A DNA stretch of 64,000 nucleotides from a virus. Shown one piece after another: positions 55,391 through 64,000 of the stretch; the first letter of the stretch is position 1, and every line of letters starts with the position of its first letter. The DNA lies in IMG/VR virus record IMGVR_UViG_3300045988_088999, positions 48,961 to 112,960 of that record. One strand, given 5' to 3'. The notes beneath the pieces are model-generated. The model did not search any database. It saw only the letters and a list, made by a program, of their open reading frames with translations, and was not told the origin of the DNA. The position numbers were made by a program, and so were the translations under genes.

Positions 55391-55419
55391 ATAATACCAT
55401 ACTTTCACAGAAAAGTCAA
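55391..55419 (-). promoter_or_regulatory. sigma70-type promoter P11 (TTGACT-17-TATTAT)
   Basis: Reverse complement reads ccccTTGACT-N17-TATTATataggtg. Confidence 0.6.
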
Positions 55420-55778
55420 GGGGTTTTTGAATTTTTCTTCAATCTAAAGTATGATTCGTAGATAGCATTGGCTAACTGGTAAATTTTACCATAGGTAGTC
55501 CAACTAGCTAGATTTAACGTAACTACGTTACTTACGGAATTATAATTTACGTATGTATACATACTATACAAGTCAGAAATCATAATCTGCAACATACGGT
55601 TATCTACGTCAAACTCCAGTGTTATCTTATTATAATCTAAAGAATGCTTCGGATAAATGCCAGATGTAGAAAGAAGACCCAGCAATAGACTATACATATC
55701 ACCAAAGTCTTCTTTATATCTGGCCTTATCATTTAAAACACTCTTGTCGATAGCTTCAAAATGATTAGGCAAATACAT
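55416..55778 (-). CDS. hypothetical protein
   Basis: ORF of 120 aa. Confidence 0.45.
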   Translation of the reverse strand: MYLPNHFEAIDKSVLNDKARYKEDFGDMYSLLLGLLSTSGIYPKHSLDYNKITLEFDVDNRMLQIMISDLYSMYTYVNYNSVSNVVTLNLASWTTYGKIYQLANAIYESYFRLKKNSKTP

Positions 55779-55785
55779 AATTCAA

Positions 55786-56991
55786 TTACTGTTTAAACAA
55801 AGTAGCAAACATCTTAGATGCTTCACTACGAACATCGGTGTCAAGAAATACGCAAGCAAAATTAGGGCTACCCTTAAATTCGTCACACATCTTAACAAGC
55901 GGATTGCTAATAGTCTTATTGATTAGTGACTGCTTATAGTCACCAGAAAAGAAAATTCTTGAGTTCTGACCAAGCCGTGTGCCAACCAAACGCAACTGTG
56001 ATTCCGTCAAATCCTCTGCTTCATCAACGACCATAATGGTGCTATCGTAAGTAGTTCCTTTTAGATAATAAGGAATCTGTACATCAAGTACACCGCGCTG
56101 CTTCAGACTCTGCAACTCGAACTCACCGCCTTTTAACTGTTGCTCCAAAGGCTTAAAGAAATCACCAACTTTTTGCTCAAACTCTCCGGGCAAGTAACCA
56201 ACTGCGCTACCTTCGCCACGCGCTTCACGTACACCAAGAATCTTGGACTGATAGCCTTTCTCATTTACACCATACAATCCCATCTGCATAGACAAGAAGG
56301 ACTTACCGGAACCATACGTTCCTAGAATTGCAACAATGTCAATATCCTTGTTGTTTAAAGCGTCAAGCGCACATCTCTGCAAACTGTTCTTACCCTTAAT
56401 AATTCCAGACGGAGGTAGCTTTAATTCAACAAATTTTTTGCCATCAAAACGCATTTCTTTCGTTTTGCCAATCGACTTATCGTCAATTACAATATACTCA
56501 TTGGCATACAACTTCGACATATCAATAACATCCATCTGCTCATTGATTTCGTCAGTTGTGCCGCTAATCTTAATATATCCCTCGTAAATATCTTCTTTAA
56601 TGCTATTTAGCGTCTCTGTTTTTAGACAAAAGATGTTTTTCGCAATGTTATAGCAATTTACATCATCTGTAACAAAAACGACATCATCTGTTTCAGAATT
56701 TAACAGATATGCTTCTGTTGTAATAATTGCATCCGGCGTTACCTCAAGTCCTCTTGCGGCCAATTCCTTAACAATTCTGTCATAAGGGTAGTTACAAACG
56801 ATATAATTGTTCCCATCCTGAAAAGCGTGTGCCACTTTCCTTGCGCGATACCTAGTTTCATCGTCTTTCTTGCCAGATGTCTTAATGCTCTCAATTTCCT
56901 CAAGCGTTTTATGAGAACATGCAAATTTCTCAATAAATGCACTTTCACGCAGACTTAGCAGAGCATTGGTATCATAGAAAGTTAATGCCAT
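55786..56991 (-). CDS. PIN-domain + PhoH-like ATPase (YlaK-type)
   Basis: N-terminal PIN-like acidic fold (MALTFYDTNALL); P-loop ILGTYGSGKSF of PhoH-family ATPases. Confidence 0.65.
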   Translation of the reverse strand: MALTFYDTNALLSLRESAFIEKFACSHKTLEEIESIKTSGKKDDETRYRARKVAHAFQDGNNYIVCNYPYDRIVKELAARGLEVTPDAIITTEAYLLNSETDDVVFVTDDVNCYNIAKNIFCLKTETLNSIKEDIYEGYIKISGTTDEINEQMDVIDMSKLYANEYIVIDDKSIGKTKEMRFDGKKFVELKLPPSGIIKGKNSLQRCALDALNNKDIDIVAILGTYGSGKSFLSMQMGLYGVNEKGYQSKILGVREARGEGSAVGYLPGEFEQKVGDFFKPLEQQLKGGEFELQSLKQRGVLDVQIPYYLKGTTYDSTIMVVDEAEDLTESQLRLVGTRLGQNSRIFFSGDYKQSLINKTISNPLVKMCDEFKGSPNFACVFLDTDVRSEASKMFATLFKQ

Positions 56992-57040
56992 ATTTCAACC
57001 TCTTTTATATGTATTTAACCGCCATTTGGCGGTTATTTCT

Positions 57041-57946
57041 TTAATGTGCGTTTACATCACAGTTATGCACTTGCATAACCTCGTTATATATTTCGTCGCC
57101 AAGACGTTCACGCATCTTATCTTTTCCGGTATTGCCCTTACCAAACGTATAGGGAATCATGTGGTAGTTGATAAGAACTGCAATATGCAGTTTATCTTTG
57201 TCCGTAATTTCTTTCGGATAGTTCAAGAACAAAGAATCATACGCACCAACATTCTGATGACTGTAATAATGTGCGTTTCCATCAGTTGTTCCATTCATTT
57301 TAGTAAATGTCTTAGTAGCCGGTTTACCAATATCATGGACAAGAGCAGCCCACTGAACATACATATTGTATTCCTCATTCACTGCGTAACGCCACGCCTC
57401 TTTCATGTGTGCGCCAAGCGTAAACTCGTGATGCGGATTTTCCTGATTGTAATTCAAAAGGCTGTCAACAAGGTCAAACGGCTCATACGGAGCTACCAAC
57501 TTAACGCGCCGAACGGTAATTTCGTCCCATCCCTCGAAGTAGTACGGAATGTCAATTCCCTTACGCATACGCTCCATAGCAGACATGGGGACTTTCCGCT
57601 CTCGCTTCTGATTGCGCATAACGCAGACAGAATACGGAGTAGCCATAAAGACGCAATGCTTATGACACTTTACCTTCGCCATCTCGCGCAAGAATCCTTC
57701 GCGCCGTTTAGCATTGATATTCGTTGCATCATACACGACACTAAAACCGTCTTTCATTGCAGTGCGAATGCGATTATGCAGAGTGTTAAATACCAGATTA
57801 TTGTCAGTCTGGTCATTTTCATCACCAAAAAGTTCCTTGCGAATCGCATCAGAACTAAAGATGAGATACCCCTTTCCCATATACTCATTCGCTACGGTAG
57901 ACTTTCCGCTTGCCGGAAGTCCAACCAACATAACAAACTCCTGCAT
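57041..57946 (-). CDS. P-loop kinase fused to HD-domain phosphohydrolase (polynucleotide-kinase-like RNA/nucleotide repair enzyme)
   Basis: Walker A GLPASGKST at the N-terminus; HD motif AALVHDIGK plus downstream His residues at the C-terminus. Confidence 0.55.
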   Translation of the reverse strand: MQEFVMLVGLPASGKSTVANEYMGKGYLIFSSDAIRKELFGDENDQTDNNLVFNTLHNRIRTAMKDGFSVVYDATNINAKRREGFLREMAKVKCHKHCVFMATPYSVCVMRNQKRERKVPMSAMERMRKGIDIPYYFEGWDEITVRRVKLVAPYEPFDLVDSLLNYNQENPHHEFTLGAHMKEAWRYAVNEEYNMYVQWAALVHDIGKPATKTFTKMNGTTDGNAHYYSHQNVGAYDSLFLNYPKEITDKDKLHIAVLINYHMIPYTFGKGNTGKDKMRERLGDEIYNEVMQVHNCDVNAH

Positions 57947-57958
57947 ATTTATACCTCC

Positions 57959-59221
57959 TTAATTACAGTTGGCAGTATATCTAGCATCTTCACCAGCGCC
58001 AAGATAACGAGAAACAAAATTCGGTAACGATGCAAAATTTTCAGAGATGACGTTTGCGAAATCAATCACACCAGTCACACTTTCACGTCCATCCATGATA
58101 TAATGAATTTTCTTATTATCGCACTGGTCAACAGCGTTGATAGCAAACGATAAGTTGAAGTCTCCTTCAACAAATTGTGTCACGCTCAGGTCGCGCATAA
58201 TGCGACCAACAAATCTGTCAACATCAAACATGGCGTATCTAATGCTACCCTGCCATTCGTTGTGTACGTTTGTGTTATCAATAATTTTTGTGCTTAGATT
58301 ATTTACATCAGTCTCGCCCGGAAGAATACCAGCACCATGTCGAGTTGTATACCAACGTGTAGCATAACAAATCTCAATGTCGAACTCGTCCATACTCTTT
58401 ACATCGAAACCATCTAAAACATCAAAATCTGAACTAAGCCCGGTATATGTCGGAGTCGTATTCTCACCTTGCTCGTAGTATTTCTGCGAAATTGCAAGAC
58501 CCTGCGCGTTTTCAAACACAAGTCGCTTATATTTTGCACTAAGCTCTGTCTTAGTAAACTTTTTTACCGTAACGTGTTTGATAAAGAAGGCCAAGTCGCT
58601 CAAAAAAGACAATACGTAATCTTTCTCAAAGTTACTAACGAACTGCTCCGGGATGTCACGGCCATCAAGAACCTCATGTAAACGTGCAGGAACATAATCC
58701 ATACAAATAATATCCAACTTTTCTGCAATCGGAATCCAGTTATTCTCTTCGTTCGCTTTCTGGACTTCTTTTACAGTAATTGCGTATTTTGGCTTTTTGC
58801 TACGGATAATGGCTTCATAGACACCAAGACCACAAGAACCAAAGCGACCATCACCAAGCGCAGTTTCCCAACACTGGTTAATTAAAGCATCCCAAGGCGT
58901 AGCAACGAAACAGTTTTCATCGACATATACATTCGGAGTAAAACCAAGTTCACGCAGTTCATCCCACTCCGTAGAAAATACCATAGGATTTACCTGAAAA
59001 ATTTCACTGATAATAGTATCAGCGCCGTTCATAGTTCCAGAACCGAAGTGATGAAAAATATGTCGCTTATCTCCTTTTACAACAGTATGACCCCGCTGTG
59101 CTCCTCCGTTTGTGAGCACAACAGCCATATCGCCGTTCTTACATTCACGAGTAAAGTAGTCAACAGTTCGACCTTTACCCTCGTCACCATACTGTGCGCC
59201 AATCACAATCTTAATGTCCAT
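57959..59221 (-). CDS. adenylosuccinate synthetase homolog (PurA family), start revised to MDIKIVIG
   Basis: KIVIGAQYGDEGKGRTVD (GxQWGDEGKGK), NGGAQRGHTVV (GGHNAGH), GRFGSCGLG. GGGAGGG RBS before the internal ATG, and promoter P12 lies inside the tool's longer ORF. Confidence 0.75.
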   Translation of the reverse strand: MDIKIVIGAQYGDEGKGRTVDYFTRECKNGDMAVVLTNGGAQRGHTVVKGDKRHIFHHFGSGTMNGADTIISEIFQVNPMVFSTEWDELRELGFTPNVYVDENCFVATPWDALINQCWETALGDGRFGSCGLGVYEAIIRSKKPKYAITVKEVQKANEENNWIPIAEKLDIICMDYVPARLHEVLDGRDIPEQFVSNFEKDYVLSFLSDLAFFIKHVTVKKFTKTELSAKYKRLVFENAQGLAISQKYYEQGENTTPTYTGLSSDFDVLDGFDVKSMDEFDIEICYATRWYTTRHGAGILPGETDVNNLSTKIIDNTNVHNEWQGSIRYAMFDVDRFVGRIMRDLSVTQFVEGDFNLSFAINAVDQCDNKKIHYIMDGRESVTGVIDFANVISENFASLPNFVSRYLGAGEDARYTANCN

Positions 59222-59255
59222 ATAAACCCTCCCGTCAAGTATCTTTGACACCATT

Positions 59256-59284
59256 ATTATATCATAGACGCTAGGAAAAGTCAA
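59256..59284 (-). promoter_or_regulatory. sigma70-type promoter P12 (TTGACT-17-TATAAT)
   Basis: Reverse complement reads ccccTTGACT-N17-TATAATaatgg. Confidence 0.65.
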
Positions 59285-59336
59285 GGGGTTTTGCAAAATA
59301 AAAAGCGTGGATTTCTCCACGCTAAATCGTTAGATT

Positions 59337-60299
59337 TTAGAACTCGACCAAGCCATTGACTGCGGTAGCAGTGTTATTCCCAGTTGTTGCCAGTCCTTCG
59401 ATAGCCTTACGGACAACGATTCCGGTAGAACCATCCCAGCTATCACAGATAGAGTCAATGTCCTTGCCAGCCAGTGCTTCCAAAATGGAAACAACAATTT
59501 CGGCAATCTTGTTGTAGTCAGACACATGGATTGCACGTTCACCCAGAAGTTCACCAAAGCTATCATCGACAAGGCTTGTATCGTGATAACGATAACGATT
59601 AGAATAGTAGTTGCCCTGCTCGATAATCAGATGGAAAACATCCCAATCACGACTAACTGCATTCAGCAGCTCTTCGGAACTAATGCTGTCCTCTTCGATA
59701 GTAGTTCCAAATACCTTCTGAATCTGCCTACGAGTGAGTTTATCGGGACACGGCTCGTCACCCATAGTAATCAAAATACCCTTCTTATGACGCTTTTCGA
59801 TTGCATCCGCACTAACATAATTGGTTGCAAAATACCAAGGAAGTGTATAAGACTCCTGACTATTGCCACCACCCCTTCCTTCGTACCACACCTTCTGCAA
59901 AGCCTCTGCGATGCGAATGTCGCTCTCAAACTGACTTACCTGAAGCGGTGCGAGGTCATAGTCAGCATCACCAACAGCCATAAAGCAAACCTGCGGGTCG
60001 GTAATAGAACCACGATTATAAATCTCCTGCATCAGAGTATTAAGGTTCATAATAACAGAGCGCAGAACAGGCGACATAGAACCAGTGACATCCAGCGCAA
60101 TGATAATAGGCGTACTATTCGGATTATCATGGCTGTCACGAGACTCGCGGACAGTAATATTTTTCGGATTCATGTCATCCGGCATAGCGGTTGACTGATA
60201 TAGACTAGACGAGCCGCCACCAGAAACACTCGTCTTATTGCTGACATGACGAGTAGAATAACTGTCCCAGCTAGATGCGTCCCAATGCGAATATCCCAT
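59337..60299 (-). CDS. von Willebrand factor A domain protein
   Basis: MIDAS motif IIALDVTGSMSP. Confidence 0.55.
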   Translation of the reverse strand: MGYSHWDASSWDSYSTRHVSNKTSVSGGGSSSLYQSTAMPDDMNPKNITVRESRDSHDNPNSTPIIIALDVTGSMSPVLRSVIMNLNTLMQEIYNRGSITDPQVCFMAVGDADYDLAPLQVSQFESDIRIAEALQKVWYEGRGGGNSQESYTLPWYFATNYVSADAIEKRHKKGILITMGDEPCPDKLTRRQIQKVFGTTIEEDSISSEELLNAVSRDWDVFHLIIEQGNYYSNRYRYHDTSLVDDSFGELLGERAIHVSDYNKIAEIVVSILEALAGKDIDSICDSWDGSTGIVVRKAIEGLATTGNNTATAVNGLVEF

Positions 60300-60319
60300 G
60301 TTAAAGTTCTCCTTTATAA

Positions 60320-61333
60320 TTACAATTTAATTTTACCCATTTCTGGATTCATCTTAGTAAATGTGCGTTTTCCAAATGCCGCATCAAGCGACATTTCCCA
60401 TCTCTTCATTTCTGTAGGCGGGTATTCACCAGACCCGGTTCTTAGCCACATCATAATCTGGTCTGGAACTGTTGCGTCTGAAATTTTTGAAGTGCATCCA
60501 AGCAACTTAATTCCGAGCATCTTGATACATTCCATATCAGTGCTTTTCTTAGATTTCTTGTTACGCTTTGCAGATGGCGGCATTACATCATAAACCTCAC
60601 TGCTAACGCCAATCATCTTAGTGTCAACAGGACGTGTGTACCACCAACCACCATACAGCATAATTCCATGTCGCGCAATATCAACAAAGCAACTGTTAAT
60701 ATCAATTCCGTTATGAACGATATTATTGTAAGACAAGAAACATGCAAGATTAAGCAGACGTGAAATCATCCAAGCAGTATGCTTAATAGGAATCCTACCG
60801 TTAAAGTTACTCCACACCTCAGACAGAGGAACACAGCCGTATTCACGTTTGATAATAATTACGCGTTCATCGTTATTTTCAAAATTCTGAACAATATGCG
60901 GTAATGCGTAATCAATACTCTGCATCATATCTCTAGGACACGAGAATTTTGTTGAATTGATGTAATTGTCGTAATACTTTTTATGCTGTCTAGCAATTAC
61001 GTATACAACGTGATTATTACACAAATACATCTTGCCAAGTTCAAAGTTATATTCTTTTAGATACGAAACAACGAGCGTTTTGCCGTTTGGTTTAAGCAAC
61101 CGAACCTTGTTAGTTTCATCCCATTTACCTTTAGCGATAAGGTCTGTAGCTTTTTCATAAAGCATCACAATCTTTGACGTTACTTCTTGGTACGTCATTT
61201 CTCCATTGTGAAAGTCTGGATGAAACGCTTTCAGATATTCACGATACTCTGCTTTTAAGATTACAGGGTCGTTCGTGAATACATCATCAACAGACGATGC
61301 TTTTAGAACATCATCAACTGTCTTGCACTTCAC
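60320..61333 (-). CDS. J-domain (DnaJ-like) protein
   Basis: YREYLKAFHPDFH contains the HPD tripeptide in J-domain context. Confidence 0.55.
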   Translation of the reverse strand: MKCKTVDDVLKASSVDDVFTNDPVILKAEYREYLKAFHPDFHNGEMTYQEVTSKIVMLYEKATDLIAKGKWDETNKVRLLKPNGKTLVVSYLKEYNFELGKMYLCNNHVVYVIARQHKKYYDNYINSTKFSCPRDMMQSIDYALPHIVQNFENNDERVIIIKREYGCVPLSEVWSNFNGRIPIKHTAWMISRLLNLACFLSYNNIVHNGIDINSCFVDIARHGIMLYGGWWYTRPVDTKMIGVSSEVYDVMPPSAKRNKKSKKSTDMECIKMLGIKLLGCTSKISDATVPDQIMMWLRTGSGEYPPTEMKRWEMSLDAAFGKRTFTKMNPEMGKIKL

Positions 61334-61356
61334 TTTATCCCTCCGTTTCTATCATT

Positions 61357-61385
61357 ATTATACACCTAAAGGCACAGTTTGTCAA
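61357..61385 (-). promoter_or_regulatory. sigma70-type promoter P13 (TTGACA-17-TATAAT)
   Basis: Reverse complement reads ccgcTTGACA-N17-TATAATaatga. Confidence 0.65.
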
Positions 61386-61413
61386 GCGGTTTTATCAAAA
61401 AATATGCACAATT

Positions 61414-62220
61414 TTACGCCTCCGCTTTGTCACAATTTTGGTCAAAATCACGGTACAGAATATACTTTTTTACAACACCATTAGCAAATGAGATAGCATT
61501 AAACCAGCCGGGCGGATTCGGTTCATCTTTTACTGGCGGTTCAATATTTTTTACTTCATCAAAGAACTGTGCGCTATCAAGAACGCCACTCTTAACATTG
61601 CCAATAAAGCATCTCTCAGACAGGTCAGCAATATAAAATTCTGGGCGCGAATTTAACTGTACACTACTTTCATTCATGAGCTGGCCGTAAAGATTCTTTA
61701 AGCGCAACGCTTCGTACATCCGTTTTGACTGTCTTTCTTCCTCGCCATTAGCACAAGAGTTTCTGTCATAATCGTTTAGAATATTACGAATTGCCCCATA
61801 TACAGCGTTCTGATAGTTCCACAAGTATCTATCATAAATCTCTTTTCTGACATTATAAAAATCTCGAAAAGAATCGTCCACAATGACGTAATCGGAAAAT
61901 AGCGATTCGAGATTAACAAAACTACCCTTTGACAGCTGTTTTGCGAAATCACGAATATCCATCAACTTTACCAGACCATCATCAGAGGAATCAGACGAGA
62001 ACTCCACTTGCGTCAACGTCTTTACATCTGGTTTACCACCGATTAAATCATCAAGTGATGGCATGGTAACAATAACACAGTCAATATCGGAATTACTATC
62101 GTCAAGACCATAATTCTGACTACCAAATAAACCAACAAATGCAACCTTGCACTTTCTATTTAGCTCGATATAGTCCTTTCTACTTTTCAATCTCGCCAAA
62201 ATTCTATGATACTTACCCAT
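61414..62220 (-). CDS. Pol-beta-superfamily nucleotidyltransferase
   Basis: FVGLFGSQNYGLDDSNSDIDCVIV fits the NTase-fold signature GS-x9-13-DxD. Confidence 0.55.
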   Translation of the reverse strand: MGKYHRILARLKSRKDYIELNRKCKVAFVGLFGSQNYGLDDSNSDIDCVIVTMPSLDDLIGGKPDVKTLTQVEFSSDSSDDGLVKLMDIRDFAKQLSKGSFVNLESLFSDYVIVDDSFRDFYNVRKEIYDRYLWNYQNAVYGAIRNILNDYDRNSCANGEEERQSKRMYEALRLKNLYGQLMNESSVQLNSRPEFYIADLSERCFIGNVKSGVLDSAQFFDEVKNIEPPVKDEPNPPGWFNAISFANGVVKKYILYRDFDQNCDKAEA

Positions 62221-62581
62221 TTAATCTCATCCTTTCTGCCTTTAACCACGCTTCTGGTGTCAATTTAGTATAGAACTCACCATAGGCATTACTATTAAAG
62301 AATTTCTCCTGACTTTCCAAGGATAGCGATTCAACGTATTCAAACATTGCATCCTCATCTTTGTATTCAAGTAAATCCTCTTCGACTGCATCACTATTAT
62401 CGGCAAGTTCTCTATTTTCCACAGCAACAATAAACTTAAATGGACTATTTTCGAGGCAGTTCTTGCAAAGGAATAGTCTCGTTCCCCATCCATCAAATCG
62501 ACTACCGTATTTCAGCGGTAAAATATCAATAGCGACTACATTAGTGTCTGCATTACATTTCATACATTTCTCGTTATTCAT
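62213..62581 (-). CDS. zinc-finger protein
   Basis: CMKCNAD...CKNC. Confidence 0.45.
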   Translation of the reverse strand: MNNEKCMKCNADTNVVAIDILPLKYGSRFDGWGTRLFLCKNCLENSPFKFIVAVENRELADNSDAVEEDLLEYKDEDAMFEYVESLSLESQEKFFNSNAYGEFYTKLTPEAWLKAERMRLNG

Positions 62582-62805
62582 TTCTTAATACCGCCTTTAT
62601 AATGTCTTAAATAATATGTGAAACGCTCAGTAAACTCTTCGTCGGTCAGTGTTTTATCAAGTACGGTCTTTGAAATATTGTAAGTTACTATCCTGTACTG
62701 ACCATTAAAACTGAACTCTGTGATGTTACAATCTTTATCGACAAAATACAAAATTTTGCCACTATCAATAATATCAACAAGCTGTTCGTATGTATGATAT
62801 GCCAT
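62578..62805 (-). CDS. small hypothetical protein
   Basis: ORF of 75 aa. Confidence 0.4.
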   Translation of the reverse strand: MAYHTYEQLVDIIDSGKILYFVDKDCNITEFSFNGQYRIVTYNISKTVLDKTLTDEEFTERFTYYLRHYKGGIKK

Positions 62806-62869
62806 TTAATAAATAATGCCGACTTATCTTCATATTAAAGACAGTATCGGCACTTCTCCTTATTTTAGA

Positions 62870-63991
62870 TTACTCGTCATGCTTCATCATATACTTACGG
62901 CTGACGTTCTTAAAAGAACGCTGACCATCAAGGCTACGATAAACCCAGCCCTCACGCAAACCAGTGCCAACAATACACTCACCATCAGCATCCAACTTCA
63001 AAGTTTCCATATCGTCAGGCAAGATATAATGCTCGTCTGCGATAGGAACCCAATCAATGCCATTGGCATTGCAAATCTTCTTTGCCTCCAAGGAGTTGAT
63101 ACGTCCAATATCAGAACGAATCAGATTGTAACCAAAGAAACGCACCTCACCATACTTATGAGGATTACCCTGAAGATTAGGGCCAGCGGTTTCACCCTGC
63201 AATGCCGCATACTTTAGGTTATTATCCTTGATGTAACGCTTCAAGAACTCATCAATATGATACTTGTCGTTCATATCCCAGTACACATTAGATTCAGCGT
63301 TACCGCCCTTATTGTGCCAAGTGAACTGATTACGGTCAAGCTGACGTACATTACGAGAACATACATAATACTCCCAACGACCAAACGGTTTCTTTTCCAT
63401 GATATAAGTAGAAGAAGTTCCATCAATCTTCTGGGTCTTAATCCAAGGCTCTTTGTCCTTCAGAATAAATGGCATATTCTCAACGCGCTCTTCATCCGAC
63501 TTCTTTACGTATTCAAACTTAGTAGGGAACTTACGAGGATTAGTTACCTTCTTGCCAGTAAAGAAATTCTTGATACGCTCGAAGAAAGTCAGCTTCTTTT
63601 CAACCACATCCGACTTACGGGCGTTGTCCTCCTCGACAGAATAACGAACCTTCAAAATATCGGTAACATCATCACCGATATTTGCATCCTTTAATTCGTC
63701 AAATACACTCACAGGCATAATCAATCCCTGAGAGTATACCTTGCACATCTTAATACACTTAACCTTATAGTCACGCTTTGCCATAAAAGCGAACCGAGGG
63801 TCGTTTGCATTTACCTTAGAGTCAACCTCAAAATAAACACACTTATCTCCGGGCTTAAACTGGTCAGCCTTAGAAACAATGACTCCCCATCCCCCTACTC
63901 TAGCGTATTCTACCCTATCATACCCATCCAAAGGAGAGATGTCGTCAATCTTAGTAATATACGCTAAAGCTCTTTTACCATTGATAATCAT
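62870..63991 (-). CDS. ATP-dependent RNA ligase, Rnl5 (Deinococcus DraRnl-like) family with N-terminal OB-like domain
   Basis: GDKCVYFEVDS, QGLIMPVSVF, GDDVTDILKV, FPTKFEYVKKSDEERVEN. Motif I KTQKIDGTS (KxDG) lies near residue 188, as in DraRnl. Confidence 0.7.
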   Translation of the reverse strand: MIINGKRALAYITKIDDISPLDGYDRVEYARVGGWGVIVSKADQFKPGDKCVYFEVDSKVNANDPRFAFMAKRDYKVKCIKMCKVYSQGLIMPVSVFDELKDANIGDDVTDILKVRYSVEEDNARKSDVVEKKLTFFERIKNFFTGKKVTNPRKFPTKFEYVKKSDEERVENMPFILKDKEPWIKTQKIDGTSSTYIMEKKPFGRWEYYVCSRNVRQLDRNQFTWHNKGGNAESNVYWDMNDKYHIDEFLKRYIKDNNLKYAALQGETAGPNLQGNPHKYGEVRFFGYNLIRSDIGRINSLEAKKICNANGIDWVPIADEHYILPDDMETLKLDADGECIVGTGLREGWVYRSLDGQRSFKNVSRKYMMKHDE

Positions 63992-64000
63992 ATTATTTTA

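Noticed and set aside
57959-59320. Tool's longer N-terminal extensions of purA (MEKSTLF...) and of 51213-51455 (MFQGGTVN...)
   Set aside because: The extensions overlap the conserved promoters P12 and P9. Internal ATGs with strong RBS (GGGAGGG, AAGGGGG) give the conserved N-termini.
1-64000. Genome-wide TAG stop-codon reassignment (code 15-like)
   Set aside because: Long ORFs of 988-1063 aa and almost all genes are intact and terminate normally under the standard code. Only two in-frame TAGs look suspicious, so at most a limited suppression is plausible.

Overview
This 64-kb window looks like part of a large tailed dsDNA phage or prophage. Nt 1-8077 is a plus-strand late block ending in a bidirectional terminator at about 8.1 kb: two tail-fibre paralogs, a complete diversity-generating retroelement (DGR) cassette of target gene, Avd-like gene, template repeat (TR) and reverse transcriptase (RT), an XkdX-like gene, an M15-peptidase endolysin and a holin. 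From about 8.2 kb to the end almost everything is on the minus strand. That block holds many small hypothetical genes, several in paralogous families, each group preceded by a near-identical sigma70-type promoter (13 copies, all with a 17-nt spacer). It also holds nucleotide-metabolism genes (ThyX, FolD-like, dUTPase, dNMP kinase, UDG, two Dam methyltransferases) and a replication module: a Pol III alpha-like polymerase, a primase-helicase interrupted by a LAGLIDADG intein in its P-loop, a Cas4-like nuclease, SSB and a Sak4-like ATPase. An array of about 17 tRNA or tRNA-like genes sits at 46.4-49.6 kb, with one more tRNA at 51.5 kb, and includes two 117-120-nt tRNA mimics whose anticodon arm is replaced by an insertion. 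RNA-repair and RNA-quality-control genes are scattered through the block: a CCA-adding enzyme, a Thg1-like protein, a kinase/HD-domain protein, an Rnl5-type RNA ligase, a PIN-PhoH protein and a Ro60 (TROVE+vWA) ortholog. There are also a NADAR-domain protein, a PurA homolog and two SPFH/flotillin-like proteins. The most striking system is the DGR: 16 substitutions between template and variable repeat, every one at a template adenine. All calls come from reading the sequence and the ORF translations; no database searches were run.
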